From Chiloscyllium plagiosum (Eukaryota), in contig NC_057718.1 in NCBI RefSeq assembly GCF_004010195.1, forward strand, positions 53,915,605 to 53,979,604: a DNA stretch of 64,000 bases, read 5' to 3'. The stretch's first letter is position 1. Every line of letters begins with the position of its first letter. The position numbers were made by a program, and so were the translations under genes. Below the pieces are notes generated by a model that made no database searches, was not told the DNA's origin, and saw only the letters and a list, made by a program, of their open reading frames with translations. Shown one piece after another: positions 36,373 through 48,800 of this stretch.

Positions 36373-37080
36373 ACATTGTAACATTATACAAGCCACATCA
36401 TGCTTCTGTGTTAAAATCATATTCCAGCAGCGTTGACACGGTTGGACCACAGCCTTTTGGCCTGATATTAGCCCTTCACCTATTCACAGTAGGAGACTCG
36501 GATGACTTCAAAGTCAATGAATACAGAAGGTCATCAGATATGAGTGGAGCTGCCTCTGGCAGTCAGCTGGATTTAACCTTTCTCCTGTACTATTCCTATC
36601 CAGCAGGAGAAACAAGGATTTAAAATCCACTCTCTAGGCACCACTGCTTTTCCCTTTTGTATTTACAAAAGGGCATAAGCCAACCTTCACAGAGAAATGC
36701 TGTTCCCTAGAGGACAGCAACTGTACTTTCAATAATAAATCATTTGGAACTTCATACTCTGCAAACTCTCTTTTCTTTGGTTCTATTAATTTTCCTTCGC
36801 TTGAGCCCTGCTCAAAACCAATTTGAATTGTATCATCTTATTTCACCAGCATTTCATTTTCATAGTCATCTCACTGTTTTGCCAATGATTACTAAGAACA
36901 AATGAACACCATATATCTCTATACAATATCAAATAGCAAAGTACAACTGCTAAATATTGTATGTATATATGCACACACGTATACAATTATTAATCAAAAG
37001 GGAGATCTATGAGTATATAATTCTCAAAGGACATTCTGCTGGTCATTTTAAAAAAAAAACCCTAGATGCATAACATTACA

Positions 37081-37086
37081 TTTATT
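37081..37086 (-). terminator. Candidate polyadenylation signal for the - strand exon
   Basis: tttatt on + (AATAAA on -), ~245 nt after the stop at 37332-37334. Confidence 0.3.
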
Positions 37087-37331
37087 GGCTAGGTCAGAAA
37101 AATGTATTTAATTAAGCTCAGACATTGCAATACATGACCTTAATCTTGGGGATGCAAGGGTGTTGATTCAGCACTAGAGCATGAACAATTATACTTGATA
37201 CTGCTTCTTCATCATAAAGCGATTCTTCACAAGAACCAGCAACCACAACGATATCCATAAGAGTCAATGACCAATAAATATTCCATATATATTCTTCAGA
37301 ATTTTTGAGGGTCACTGTTTGATTTTGGTAG

Positions 37332-37550
37332 CTACGTTTTAGATTTCAAATGTATCTTTTTCATTTGGACTACCTTCTTTATTGGGTGATGAAATCTCAT
37401 AGCAAAATTACCTTCTGGATTTGTATTGCCGTGTGAGGTATTTGGACTCACATAGTTGCAGCATTTGAAGAATCCATCGATATCCTCAGTAGTCATCACC
37501 TCTTCATTGAACATGACAAGGAGCTTTAATTTCCTGGACAGAGTATTTAA
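37332..37550 (-). CDS. Candidate coding part of a terminal exon of an unidentified - strand gene
   Basis: Minus strand gCTAAT...cttgttgtttcttatgccaAG (branch-like site, U-rich tract, first AG at 37552-37551) opens in phase 0 to LNTLSRKLKLLVMFNEEVMTTEDIDGFFKCCNYV...HLKSKT*. Unique, non-repeat sequence. Confidence 0.45.
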   Translation of the reverse strand, partial: LNTLSRKLKLLVMFNEEVMTTEDIDGFFKCCNYVSPNTSHGNTNPEGNFAMRFHHPIKKVVQMKKIHLKSKT

Positions 37551-37903
37551 CTTGGCATAAGAAACAACAAGCATAGATTAGCAACAAAATATTTTTCTTT
37601 TAAAATAATTGGCATACGTTTGGACACACAAAAAGCCATTAATAAACATACAGCTTCTGAAGACTATTGATATCTCAATTGATGCATTTTCATTGCATAT
37701 ACACAAAGCTAGAAGATTTTATTTTATTTTGGGTTCACTCAAATTTTGATACATCAACACTGGGTGACACTGGGGATTTGTTTTTTTATTATGTCTAGGA
37801 TATCTAAGCCTGACTGGAGACGTCATTTCCTCCCTCACTTAGAAATGAACTTCTCACTGCAGTGGGACCAGCCAGAATAACTTTAATTGCTGCAATCACA
37901 CGA

Positions 37904-37931
37904 TCTCTCTCTCTCTCTCTCTCTCCCTCTC
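37904..37931. repeat. (TC)n microsatellite
   Basis: tctctctctctctctctctctccctctc. Confidence 0.95.
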
Positions 37932-38170
37932 TTGCTGCTCCTCCAATCCAGGATTCTGACTGCTGAGGAGCAGCAAGAGAGAAAGAGGAGAAGACACTAA
38001 TTGGAAGAGCTGGAGCAATAAGCATGGGAGAAACAGAAGCATGGAGGAACAACTCCTTACTGATTCCATCTCTTCGTGTGCAGAGGATGAAGATACTCTG
38101 GTTGGTTGTCTCTTTGGTTAATTTATCAGGGTTGCTTGAGAGTTTTCTGAGGGGAATCATTCCTGAGTGG

Positions 38171-38963
38171 TATTATGAAGACCTCATATTGAATATTATT
38201 TGTGAAATTTAATTTTGAAGGATTTTGGACAAACATTGACTTATGTCAAGTTTGTGGAGATAGAGTTTTTATTTAATGTCAATGAATGGATGAGTTGGAA
38301 TTCATTTAGACAAAAGACGTTTCCTGAAAAATAACTGGCTTCAGTTAATTGTTAACCTTTTTGTGAGAGGTCACGAAACTTGATTTTAAGGCGGCTATGT
38401 TTGAACGGTGTTTTGTAGACAATTGAAAATGTTGGTTTTCAGCCATGGAAAGCTTGCTGAAGAATAGGTTGCTCAACTTATCTCTACTGTTTCTGAAGCA
38501 CCCTAGTTGTAAATTCAGACTTTAAGAGTGACTGGCAGACTTCTTGATACTGTATTTTCTAATCTACTAAGATGCTGGAGACAATTGCCTTCTCTAATGA
38601 CCTGTGTACATGTGCCAGAACGTTTAACCAACAGCCGTGTGAACACTCCATATCTTATCCTTTTGTTTTCTTCAGGAACATACCATTATTCTCCAAAAGT
38701 GATTTTTTTTTCCTGCAAGTTCATCTCTGAAGAGAGAAATCTGCTTTATTTCCCATTATCTGGTATGTGTTTTAGATTATTGAGAGTAATAAGATTTATA
38801 TTTTCATATTACAAACTGTCTGTGTTAACTAATTCTGCATCTTCATTGAATGAGTTTGGTTTCATAATAAATTACTAAATTTGTGCTTATTAAAGAAATT
38901 GAATTGATGAGTACTTTTATTCTACTTCTAGTATAGAGTATTCCTCCCACCATGATCATAGCA
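38171..38963 (+). mobile_element. Solo LTR with 4-bp TSD
   Basis: Ends TATTATGA...TCATAGCA (each one change from TGTTATGA...TCATAACA); GTGG at 38167-38170 and 38964-38967. Confidence 0.65.
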
Positions 38964-39264
38964 GTGGTTTGAGCACTACTGTATACATATATATAGAAAC
39001 AACAAACACTTAAATTTGAAAATACAGACAAGACTTGACACAACCTGAAAAAGACAACCACAAACCAATGGTGTGACTACAATCCTGGAAAAGAATGGTA
39101 AAGAAGACTGACCAAAACAAATAAGAGAAAAAGAAAAAGAAAGAAATAGGTGTATGTCAACAGTATAGACAATTAAGCTATTTTTATTAACAGGTTGTGA
39201 ATTGTAATTACCTATAAACAAATTTTAAAGGTCTTTCGAAATGAAAAGTACTAATCAACATACA

Positions 39265-39385
39265 AAAGTAGATGTTTTCTAAACAACCTGTTCAGAGGTG
39301 TTATTACACATTTTGGAGCAGTTGGGGCCTGAACCCAGGCTTCCTGGCTGAGAGGTAGGAAGGCTACCAATCCACTACAAGACCT
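39265..39385 (-). mobile_element. Short tRNA-derived SINE head (third family)
   Basis: Minus strand ggtcttgtagtggattggtagccttcctacctctcagccaggaagcctgggttcaggcccc, with degenerate A/B boxes. Confidence 0.5.
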
Positions 39386-39414
39386 CCTCAATGCCTAAAG
39401 ATTCCTCAACCTCC

Positions 39415-39619
39415 AAAAGTACAGTCCAAAGACATGCAGGTTAAGTGGATTGGCCAGGCTAAATTATCCAGTGTTTAGGGATGTGAAGGCTGGGTGGATT
39501 AGCCATGGTAAAGTTGGGGTTATGGGAATAGGGTGGGGAGCTGGGTCTGTGTGGGATGTTATGCAAAGGGTCAGTACTGACTCAATAACCTTTTTCCACA
39601 CTGCAGGATTCTATGATTC
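39415..39619 (+). mobile_element. HE1-like SINE, 3' half
   Basis: acagtccaaagacatgcaggttaagtggattggcc...ttttccacactgcaggattctatgattc. Confidence 0.75.
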
Positions 39620-41559
39620 AATATAAAGGAAAAGTTAGTGAGGACATGAAAAGTAGCAAGAAAAAAAAGAGTCCCAATTTAAATCTGTTGTGCTGGTACG
39701 AACAGTGTACATTGTGGGGTTAACAATGGGTATGAGATTTACAACATTATCACTGAAAGTTGGCCAACATTTTACTAGAGAACTTTTTTCACTTTAAAAC
39801 AGACACCCTTCTCACTTTAGTGCGTCCCTAATTCCAATGACAAAGGTATACTTAATTTATGGAAATCAAATCACACACCAGGTTAATAGAGAAATGCTGA
39901 TTCCTGGAATTGCAGTAACTCCTGGTAGCAATTAATACTGTGTCAAATTATGGCCCAGGTATATTGTTTCTTTTCCAAGTTTCTCTGTTGGACTTTCCAG
40001 GAGGAGATTAGATCTTTACTGTTTTCTATTTCATTCCTGCTTGTTGTGGCTAGGCAGCCCATTTATATATGGCCCAGGAATAAACATGCCTCAAGATTGA
40101 TACTACAAGGATCAACCAAACTGCCACATAAAAATGCCTTTCCTGATCAATGGAAGCTGAAGGGTAATAAAGCAAGATATAACGGGGAGCAGATTGCAAG
40201 AGTGATTGGAGAAACTGAATGACAACTGGGTAGACAGTCACATGTGAAATTGCTGAAATCAATTTTCTGATCAGATGACTGCATTATCTCAGGAAAATAA
40301 AATACTTGTGGGTGAGAAGCAATTGTCCATCCTGTGTTATGATTTAACTGAGAAGAGTGTACCAATAATTGGATCCACTGTTCCATAAGCCACTTTCTGA
40401 AGTTCCAGAATTAAACCACTATGATGTTCAATTTAACTGACTGACCATCTACAACATGAGAGAACCTAACCATCTCCCTTTGAATTCAATGTCACTGCCA
40501 TTGCTGGACTTCTCCCATATTCTCAGAGTTAAAATGAACCAAAACATCTAAATAGTGAACACAACTGATATATCCAACTGAACCATCTACAACTGCATCG
40601 GTCTCCCTACAAATATGAAATTATTTGTCTTTCCAACTCAATTAATTTGGCCATTGAGTCATATTTACTGGCAGAAGTATTCCAGCGGGGGTCACCAGAT
40701 ATGGTTCACATTGAATGGTGTTCACCTACCAACCCTTTCTCACTCAGGTCACATCAGTATTGCTTTTGAGAATTCCTTTTTCAATAGGTCAACCAAACAT
40801 TTGGTTCATGATCTGGTTTCCTGAGGTAAAACTCTGTTCTTTCATATGCCTGAGCTATTCATAGCGTTTTTAGGACTCAGTCCTTTGTAACTTGCTTATA
40901 CATCATTTACCCTGGATCTACAAAATTGTATTTTTTGTCTTACTGCCAGAGGTGAAATGGTCATTTCATAAAGAGCTTTACTAGCTTCCCATCACACAAA
41001 TTCAGTATTCCTCTTTCTATCTCTGTCTTCTTTACCCTTTTGTTTGCATCTAAGTGCTGACTGCCTCCAGCTTCCAACCCTCCAGTTTCTAGTTCTCCTT
41101 CCTTGCCATTGGAATTAAATTCCTTGCCATTGGCGTTGTTTCCAGGTAAAGTGGAACCAAATTGTATGGATCAGTATTTTTTAAATTATCCAAGAAAATT
41201 ACAGTTAATTCTTTCATACTTGAAGCAGACTCTTAAAAGTCCTTTTCAAACATTCTTAATAACAATGACAGATTTCACAGATTGTTTTTTTAAAATGCGC
41301 CTTATTTATCATAGTGCTTCTGAATCAAAAGTTCTTACACTTGCCTCTGGGGATCAGTCAATGAACATGTTTACAAGAGACTGACAAAACGTTAAAAGTA
41401 AAAGGACAGAAAATTATTACATAGAAAAAAGCAAAACCTGCATCAGTCTATATAAGATCTATTTGAAATGGTCTCAAGAATATCATGAAGAAAAAAAAAT
41501 CAACTTGTCTTTATTCTTTCCTGGGGCAAGGGTTTTGCTGGCAATGTAAGCCTTTGTAT

Positions 41560-42153
41560 GGCAACTGTTCTCCCAGGGCTGTAAGAAACTACAGAAAGTT
41601 GTGTGCACATCCCAGACCATCACGGAAGTAAACCTCTCATCCACGAACTCCATTTACACTTCTTGTTGCCACAGAAACGCTGCCAACATCATCAAAAACC
41701 CTTCCCAACCTGGTAATACTCTTTTCCAACCTTGTCCATCAGGTAGAAGATACAGAAGCTTGAACACATGCACCAATAGGTTCAAGAACAGCTTCTTCCT
41801 TGCCGTTATTAGACTGCCGAATGAACTCTCTAACTTCAAGAAATGTTGATCTTGTTTGGTGCACCTCCAGTGCAGCTGTGACCTTGTATGTCTTCCTGAT
41901 GAAGGGCTCCGGCCCGAAACATCGATTTTCCCGCTCCTCGGATGCTGCCTGACCTGCTGTGCTTTTCCAGCAACACACTCTCAACTCTGATCTCCAGCAT
42001 CTGCAGACTTCACTGTCTACTTGTATGCCTCAGTCTCTCTAAGCACCCTGTGATCTGTATGTCCTTGTTTGTTATGATGTGCCTGTACTGCTCACAACAA
42101 AGTTTCTTACTGTACTTAGGTACATGTGACTACAATAAATCAAATGAAATCAA
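41560..42153 (+). mobile_element. Rex1/Babar-type LINE 3' end, interrupted by a Penelope pLTR
   Basis: ORF 41601 AANIIKNPSQPGNTLFQPCPSGRRYRSLNTCTNRFKNSFFLAVIRL; tail gtacatgtgactacaataaatcaaatgaaatc. Confidence 0.85.
41894..42019 (+). mobile_element. Penelope pLTR insertion beginning at its hammerhead motif
   Basis: ctgatga-a-gggc tccg gccc-gaaa-catc (41896-41923); TSD cttgtatg(t/c)ct (41883-41893, 42020-42030). Confidence 0.85.
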
Positions 42154-42157
42154 AGAG

Positions 42158-42640
42158 CGCTAGAATACAAGAGCAGAGGTGTATTATGAGGCTGCATAAG
42201 GCTCTGGTCAGACCGCATTTGGAATATTGCGAGCAACTTTGATTCCCTTATCCAAGGAAGGATGTGCTCGCTTTGGAAGAGGTCCAGGGGAGGTTTACAA
42301 GAATGATCCAGGCTTGTCACAAGGTGTTGTCAAATGAGAAGCAGCTGCAGACTGGATCTGTATTCACTAGAGTTCAGAAGGATAAAGAGGGAATCTCACC
42401 GAAATGTACAGAATATTGAGAGGCCTGGATAGAATGGACATGGAGAAGATGTTTACACCAATTAGAGAAACTAGGATCTGATGATAAAGCCTCCAAGTGA
42501 AGGAATGACCCTTTCAAACTGAAATGAGGAGTAATTTCTTCAGCCAGAGTGTGGTGAATCCATGGAACTCATTGCCGCTGAAGGCTGTTGAGGCCAAGTC
42601 ATTGAGTATCTTTAAGTAGATAGGTTCTTGACTAATAAGG
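42158..42640 (+). mobile_element. CR1 LINE 3' fragment
   Basis: KALVRPHLEYC in +; tttcttcagccagagtgtggtgaatccatggaactcattgcc (FFSQ.VVN.WNSLP). Confidence 0.85.
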
Positions 42641-42644
42641 ACAA

Positions 42645-44645
42645 TAGACAATAGGTGCAGGAGTAGGCCATTTCGCACTTCAAGCCAGCACCACCATTCA
42701 TTATGATCATGGCTGATCATCCTCAATCAGTATCCTGTTTCTGCCTTATCCCCATAACCCTTGATTCCACTATCCTTAAGAGCTCTATCCAACTCTTTCT
42801 TGAAAGTATTCAGAGACTTGGCCTCCACAGCTTTCTGGGGCAGAACATTCCATACACCCACCACTCTCTGGGTGAAGAAGTTTCTCCTCAACTCTGTTCT
42901 AAGTGGCCTACCCCTTATTTTTAAACTATGTTTTCTGGTTCGGGACTCACCCATCAGCGAAAAAATGCTTCCTGCCTCCAGAGTGTCCAATCCTTTAATA
43001 ATCTTATACGTCTCAATCAGATCCCCTCTCAGCCTTCTAAACTCAAGCGTTTACAAACCCAGTCGCTCTAATCTTTCAGTGTAAGATAGTCTCGCCATTC
43101 CAGGAATTGACCTCGTGAATCTACACTGCACTCCCTCAATAGCCAGAATGTCTTTCCTCAAATTTGGGGACCAAAACTGTGCACAATATTTCAGGTGCAG
43201 TCTCACTAGGGCCCTGTACAGCTGCAGAAGGACCTCTTTGCAACTATACTCAATTCCTCTTGTTATGAAGGCCAGCATGCTATTAGCTTTCTTCACAGCC
43301 TGCTGTACCTGCATGCTTGCTTTCATTGACTGATGTACAAGAACATTTCATTAATATATATTATAAAAAGCTGTGGTCCCAGCACTGATCCCTACGGTAC
43401 CCCACTGGTCATCGCCTGCCATTCCGAAAGGGAGCCTTTTATCACTGCTCTTTGTTTCCTGTCAGCCAACCAATTTTCAATCCATGTCAGTATTTTGCCC
43501 CTAATACCATGTGCCCTAATTTTGCTCACTAACCTCCTTTGTGGAACTTTATCAAAGGCTTTCTGAAAGTCCAGGTACACTACAGCCACTGGATCTCCCT
43601 TATCCATCTTCAGAGTTACATCCTCAAAAAATTCCAGAAGATTAGTCAAGCATGATTTCTCCTTCATAAATCCATGCTGACTCTGACCTATCCTGTTACT
43701 GCTATCCAGATGTGTCGTAATTTCGTCCTTTATAATTGACTCCAGCATTTTTCCCACCACTGTGGTCAGACTAACTGGTCTATAATTCTCTGTTTTCTCG
43801 CTCCCTCCTTTCTTAAAAAGTGGGACAACATTAGCCACGCTCCAATCTGCAGGAACTAATCCTGAATCTATAGAACATTGGAAAATAATCACCAATTCAT
43901 CCACAATTTCTAGAGCCACCTCCTTCAGTACCCTGGGACGCAGACCATCAGGTCCCAGGGACTTAGCCTTCAGACCTAACAGTCTCTCCAACACCATTTC
44001 CTGGCTAATATAAATTCCCTTCAGTTCAGGTCCTTCAGCCACTATTACATCTGGGAGATTGCTCGTGTCTTCTCCAGTGAAGACAGATCTAAAGTAACAA
44101 TTCAACTCTTCTGCCATTTCTTTGTTCCCCGTAATAAATTCACCCGTTTCTGTCTTCAAGGGCCCAATTTTAGTCTTAACCATTTTTTTTCTTTTCACAT
44201 ACCTAAAAAACCTTTTACTATCCTCCTTTATATTTTTGACCAGTTTACCTTCGTTACTTATTTTTTCTTTGCATATTTCCTTTTTAGTAATCCTCTGTTG
44301 TTCTTTAAAAGCTTCCCAGTCCTCCGATTTCCCACTCATCTTTGCTATTCAGCCACGGCCACCCCTGCCTCCCCTTAGGATCTTTCTTCCTTTTTGGAAT
44401 GAACTGATCCTGCATCTTCTGCATTATACCCAGAAATACCTGCCATTGTTGTTCCACTGCCATCCCTGCTAGGGTATTGCACCATTGAACTTTGGCGAGC
44501 TCCTCCCTCATAGCTCCATAGTTCCCCTTATTCAACTGAAATATTGTGACTTCCAATTCTACCCTCTCTCTTTCAAACTGTGGATTAAAGCTTATTGTAT
44601 TGTGGTCACTACCTCCTAATGGCTCCTTTACTTCGAGGTCCCTGA
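42645..44645 (-). pseudogene. CR1 LINE ORF2 (RT) with 3' UTR, internally deleted
   Basis: ORFs 44305-44736 (LGGSDHN), 43392-44339 (NYRPVSLT..VGK..QHGF..SCLTNLLEFF..YLDFQKAFDKVP..SGVP), 43051-43326 and 42727-42990. The FADD segment is missing at the ~43340 junction. Confidence 0.95.
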
Positions 44646-44699
44646 GATCAGTAAGGCGATCAGTGTTACAGAGCGAAGGCAGGAGAATGGAACTGAGGG

Positions 44700-45012
44700 A
44701 CTTGCTTAGCCATTTCAAGGGGCAATTAAGAGTCAACCACCTTGCTGTGAGTCTGGAATCACACGTAGGCCAGACCAGTTAAAGATTAAAGTTTTCCTCC
44801 TCTAAAGGACATTAGTGAACCAGATGAGTCTCTACAACAATCCATGAGGGTGTGTGGTCATCCATTACAGATGTAGCTTCATGTTCCGCATTCATTAAAT
44901 GAATTCACATTCCACCAGCTGTCATAGTGGGATTTGAACCCATTCCCTGGAGCACTAATCTGTGTCTCTGAATTACCAGACCAGTAAAATTATCACTACA
45001 CTACTGTCTCCA
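44700..45012 (-). mobile_element. Second tRNA-derived SINE family copy
   Basis: gggcaattaagagtcaaccac...gggatttgaaccc (B box ggttcaaatcc on -). Confidence 0.75.
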
Positions 45013-45929
45013 TGACAATGACCCCACAAAATTTCAAACCTCAGTGTAGTGTCATCTTTACCTCCATAATAAAACTCTTTGTTCAGCTGGCTTGCCTGCT
45101 TGTCCACAAAATCGGTGCATTTGCTCAATACTATTCTCTTCAATTAATGTCTCTCCTAAAGATCTCTTAAGCAAGCTGCTAACTCAGGTCATTCCGTCAT
45201 GGGTTCCTTAAAGTTACATGTTTAATGCATTTGTAAGAGGTTTTCATTTCTGACAGCCTTTTCCTTCCCATATTTTCTAAGCAGTTCAGGATTTCTCCCT
45301 TTCTGCTCTGACTGCTTTGTGGATTCCTAAACAAACACCTTTCCTCTCCAAATGAACTGGGACCTTTTCTCTGTCTCTCTCTGGGTCGTAAACTTCAATT
45401 CAGCAAACACTTTAGCAATTAGTTCCCTGGTGAGCTTGCTAGTCATTTTGTTAAAATCACATAAAGTATTGGAAATGCTGACATAAGCTTATTGTTTAAA
45501 ATTACTTTCTAGCCTTTTCTACAAAAAGATAAGACCTTCACAGAACTGAAAACTGAAATCCATATTTCCTCCACTTTAGAGCCTAAGTTTCCAAATAAAA
45601 TATTGTGAGTCTTCACCACAAATTGTGACCCAATATTTTGAAAAAGCAATCTCCAGTTCTAAATTCTAATTAAATAAGCACGTAAACTATTCCAATCAGT
45701 GCTCCAAATTAATATCTTTATATTCAGTAAATGTTTTGGGGAGAGATTCATGTTGCCTGACAAGATGAATGGCTGTGCCCCTTACGTATTTCTTAAGATA
45801 ATCAATTTACCTGCCTCACCAATTAACATGAGGGTATAAAACATCAAACAAATCAAAACCCTATAGTTTTCCATCATCACATTCATCATCCGAACAAGTG
45901 TGGGGAGACTTCTGCTTATTCTGAACTAT

Positions 45930-46259
45930 TTCTCACTGCCACAGGAAGGCAGCCAACATAATCTCCCACCCCAGTTGTAATCTCTTCCAACCACTTCTAT
46001 TAGGCAGGAGATACAAAAGCTTAAACACACGTACCAACAGATTCAAGAACAACTTCATCCCCGCTGTTATCAGACCTCTGAATGGGCCTCTCAAATTTTG
46101 TGTGCTGTTGAGTTTGCTCTTTATGTAACTTCTCTGCAGCTGTAACATTGTATTCTTCATTGTATTACGTTGCATGGTATGATCTGCCTCAACACAAAAC
46201 ACAACTTTTCACTGTATCTAGGTACATGTGCCAATAATAAATCAAATCAAATCAAATCA
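45930..46259 (+). mobile_element. Rex1/Babar-type LINE 3' end
   Basis: GRRYKSLNTRTNRFKNNFIPAVIR; tail gtacatgtgccaataataaatcaaatcaaatcaaatc. Confidence 0.85.
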
Positions 46260-47284
46260 CATAACTTGACTGGACAAATGCAACATGTTTAGTTTTTAAT
46301 TTTCAGCATTCAGCCTTCTGCTAACCTTTCTCATGAAAACAGTAGCATGTTGGCCCACTAAAATTAAAACTGGTTTCTGAGCCTTCAAAAATATCTGTGT
46401 CTACACCTTTTCCACCTTACTCAGCAGAGCTTGATTTCTACTCATCATTGATCTTGCTCTCATTCCAGTTTCTCCAGAAGGTTCCAAAATGGTGCTTGTT
46501 ACTTATAATCTCATAAGTTAATTCATTATCACTTACTATAACAGAGGCTTCCCTGATTTGACAGACTTTAGGGTCTTCCAAGTTAGTCCTTAAGCAGAGA
46601 CTGCAGTAAAATCTTCCAACCTCTGAGCAATGTGAGCAATGATGAGAACTGTGGGAGAATGTGGTGAAAAATGGGAATATGAGATTCTACACAACGAGAA
46701 GATTAAAGGCCCATGGGATTTCTCAAGCAATCACCTCCACTCTCCATTCACAGACTTCAGCATCAGTGAAGAACCAGCCTCATCACTTCATCATGGCCGA
46801 TTTCAGACTGTCTGCATTTTGAAGCTCAGCAACATCTTCCATTGCAATGCATCTGCCATGTCTCTGTGTGCAGGAACACAAATCCATCTTATCCATCTAC
46901 ACAGAACACATTTGAACTTTCTTAGCTGGTTTTCTTTGAATTCACTCACTTTGCATTTACTTGGATACTCACAGTATCTCTGCCTTATGTTGTTTTTTAA
47001 CACACTATCACTTCAGAACTTGCAGGCTCACAGCATTTTGGCCTTGCCTTGCCTTTTAGTGCAGACAGAGAGGTAGGCAGCTTATCATGTTTGCTAGCAC
47101 CGAAAGGTCCAGGGAGTGGACATGTTGCTGTGTGGTGCCAATCCATATCAATGTCACACCTACAGCATTTGCTAGCAGCTTTCATTACAAACACACTGCA
47201 AACGCTTCAATCAAATGGCCATATCTGACAGTCTAAGGCAGGGTAGCTATCTAAGTAGTCAGTCAGACATGCTGACACACTTAG

Positions 47285-47490
47285 AGGAGAAAGTGAGGAC
47301 TGCAGATGCTGGAGATCAGAGCTGAAAATGTGTTGCTGGCAAAGCGCAGCAGGTCAGGCAGCATCCAAGGAGCAGGAGAATCAACGTTTCGGGCATGAGC
47401 CCGAAGAAGGGCTCATGCCCGAAACATCGATTCTCCTGCTCCTTGGATTCTGCCTGACCTGCTGCGCTTTGCCAGCAACACATTTTCAGC
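47285..47490. mobile_element. Fold-back (palindromic) Penelope pseudo-LTR relic
   Basis: Arms ~47320-47402 and 47409-47491 are reverse complements around gaagaa; 15-bp TSD tgctgacacacttag (47270-47284, 47491-47505). Confidence 0.93.
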
Positions 47491-48059
47491 TGCTGACACA
47501 CTTAGTCAATGGAATCAGCTGATCTCAGTCCAGGGTGTTGGCCACAGTCAGTTAAGTGTTTGGGCTGGCCATGTTCCAGGGATCCAAGTCTGTACAGTCC
47601 AGGGATTAGGCCATGGTCAGTCTTTTGGACCAAGTCAGACCAGACTAGAGTTTACAGGTAAGGCAGTCCACGAGCAGTAGAGACATCAGTCAGGACTGCC
47701 CTCATTAATCAGTCTGGGGAGTGAGTCACGGTCAGTCGTGGAGGTTTGTACAGTAGACTTCAAAAGGATTTGTCGGGGGCCATTTTCCCAGTTGCATTGA
47801 GGAAAGCCATGTGGGGATTAGACCATCACACAGAGATGCATTGGTGATAAAGATGGGTTAGGGAGATAACATTGTAAGGATGGGATCTGAGATAAGACAA
47901 GAGAGCAAGGGATACTCTGGATGGGGGCAACTTTCTCAAGTCACCACCAATGGGACAATGGATAGTAACAATGGACACAGCCCTGGGGAGCAGGGCCTGC
48001 TAAATGAGTTAAAGATAGCTAAATAAAAAGACTGGATGGGATTGTCGGAACCTGAAAGC

Positions 48060-48800
48060 TAACTGGGTTGAGAGGGGCAGTGACACAAAAGTGTCATATG
48101 GAGGATTGTTGGAGAATCTTGACTTTTAGACAGAGCCTGATAATCACTCCCATGAGTGCAGTTTGGATATTGTTCAGTCTTCCACGAAATCTCAGCTGTA
48201 CAATAAGGACAAAAAATGGCTGCCAACACACTCTGAGTGAGCAGAGTAAATTTGTTTTGTTTTCTCAGTGGGAATGAGGTACAATTCTGGGTGATATGAG
48301 GCCTTTCAAGGGACTTTTCTGTTAATCAGGCATTCCCATAGATTCAGTAACAACACACATCTGGCATGAAGTGTACCTGCACGTGCGGCTCATGCATTCA
48401 CCAGTAATTCACATTACACATTTTGGTCACAAGCGATCACAACAATGTCATTCATCATGGTAAATTAAACCAATCAAATTTTGTGAAGCAGAAGTCATGG
48501 GAGGCAAATTTAAAAATGCCATCTGCAATTCTTCAATTTATAAACACATTTCGAAAGATCTCTGAGCCCCACAGATTGCGGAGCTGCTTTCTTCTCAAAG
48601 AGAAATGTAGCTACATGAGAACATGGGCCATATGTCAAATGTTGCGCTTTGTGCATGATAGGCAGGATGGGGGCAAAGAAGCAGTATTGTGACCACAAAC
48701 GCAAGATCCAAATGTATTTGTGCAGCAAAGTCTGTCATTCATACATCTGCATGAAGTGTCCACGGAGAAGTATTTCATGGCAATCCTTCTAGGAGGCCTC
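48060..48800 (-). mobile_element. Degraded PIF/Harbinger (HARBI1-like) transposase relic
   Basis: Broken minus-strand frames give, in order, FFA..., HVATFLFEKKA, VVIACDQ (cf. VQ.VCD), AGTLHA (cf. PGS.HD), LISP (cf. LMTP), PTEKQ and QLRFRGRL....AL (cf. LK.RFRCL....L). Confidence 0.5.

Noticed and set aside
43392..44339. 315-aa ORF as a functional reverse transcriptase
   Set aside because: It is a CR1 ORF2 fragment that stops after SGVP; the catalytic FADD region is deleted.
45010..45620. Possible additional solo LTR on the - strand
   Set aside because: The composition resembles the other LTR-like blocks, but I found no convincing termini or TSD.
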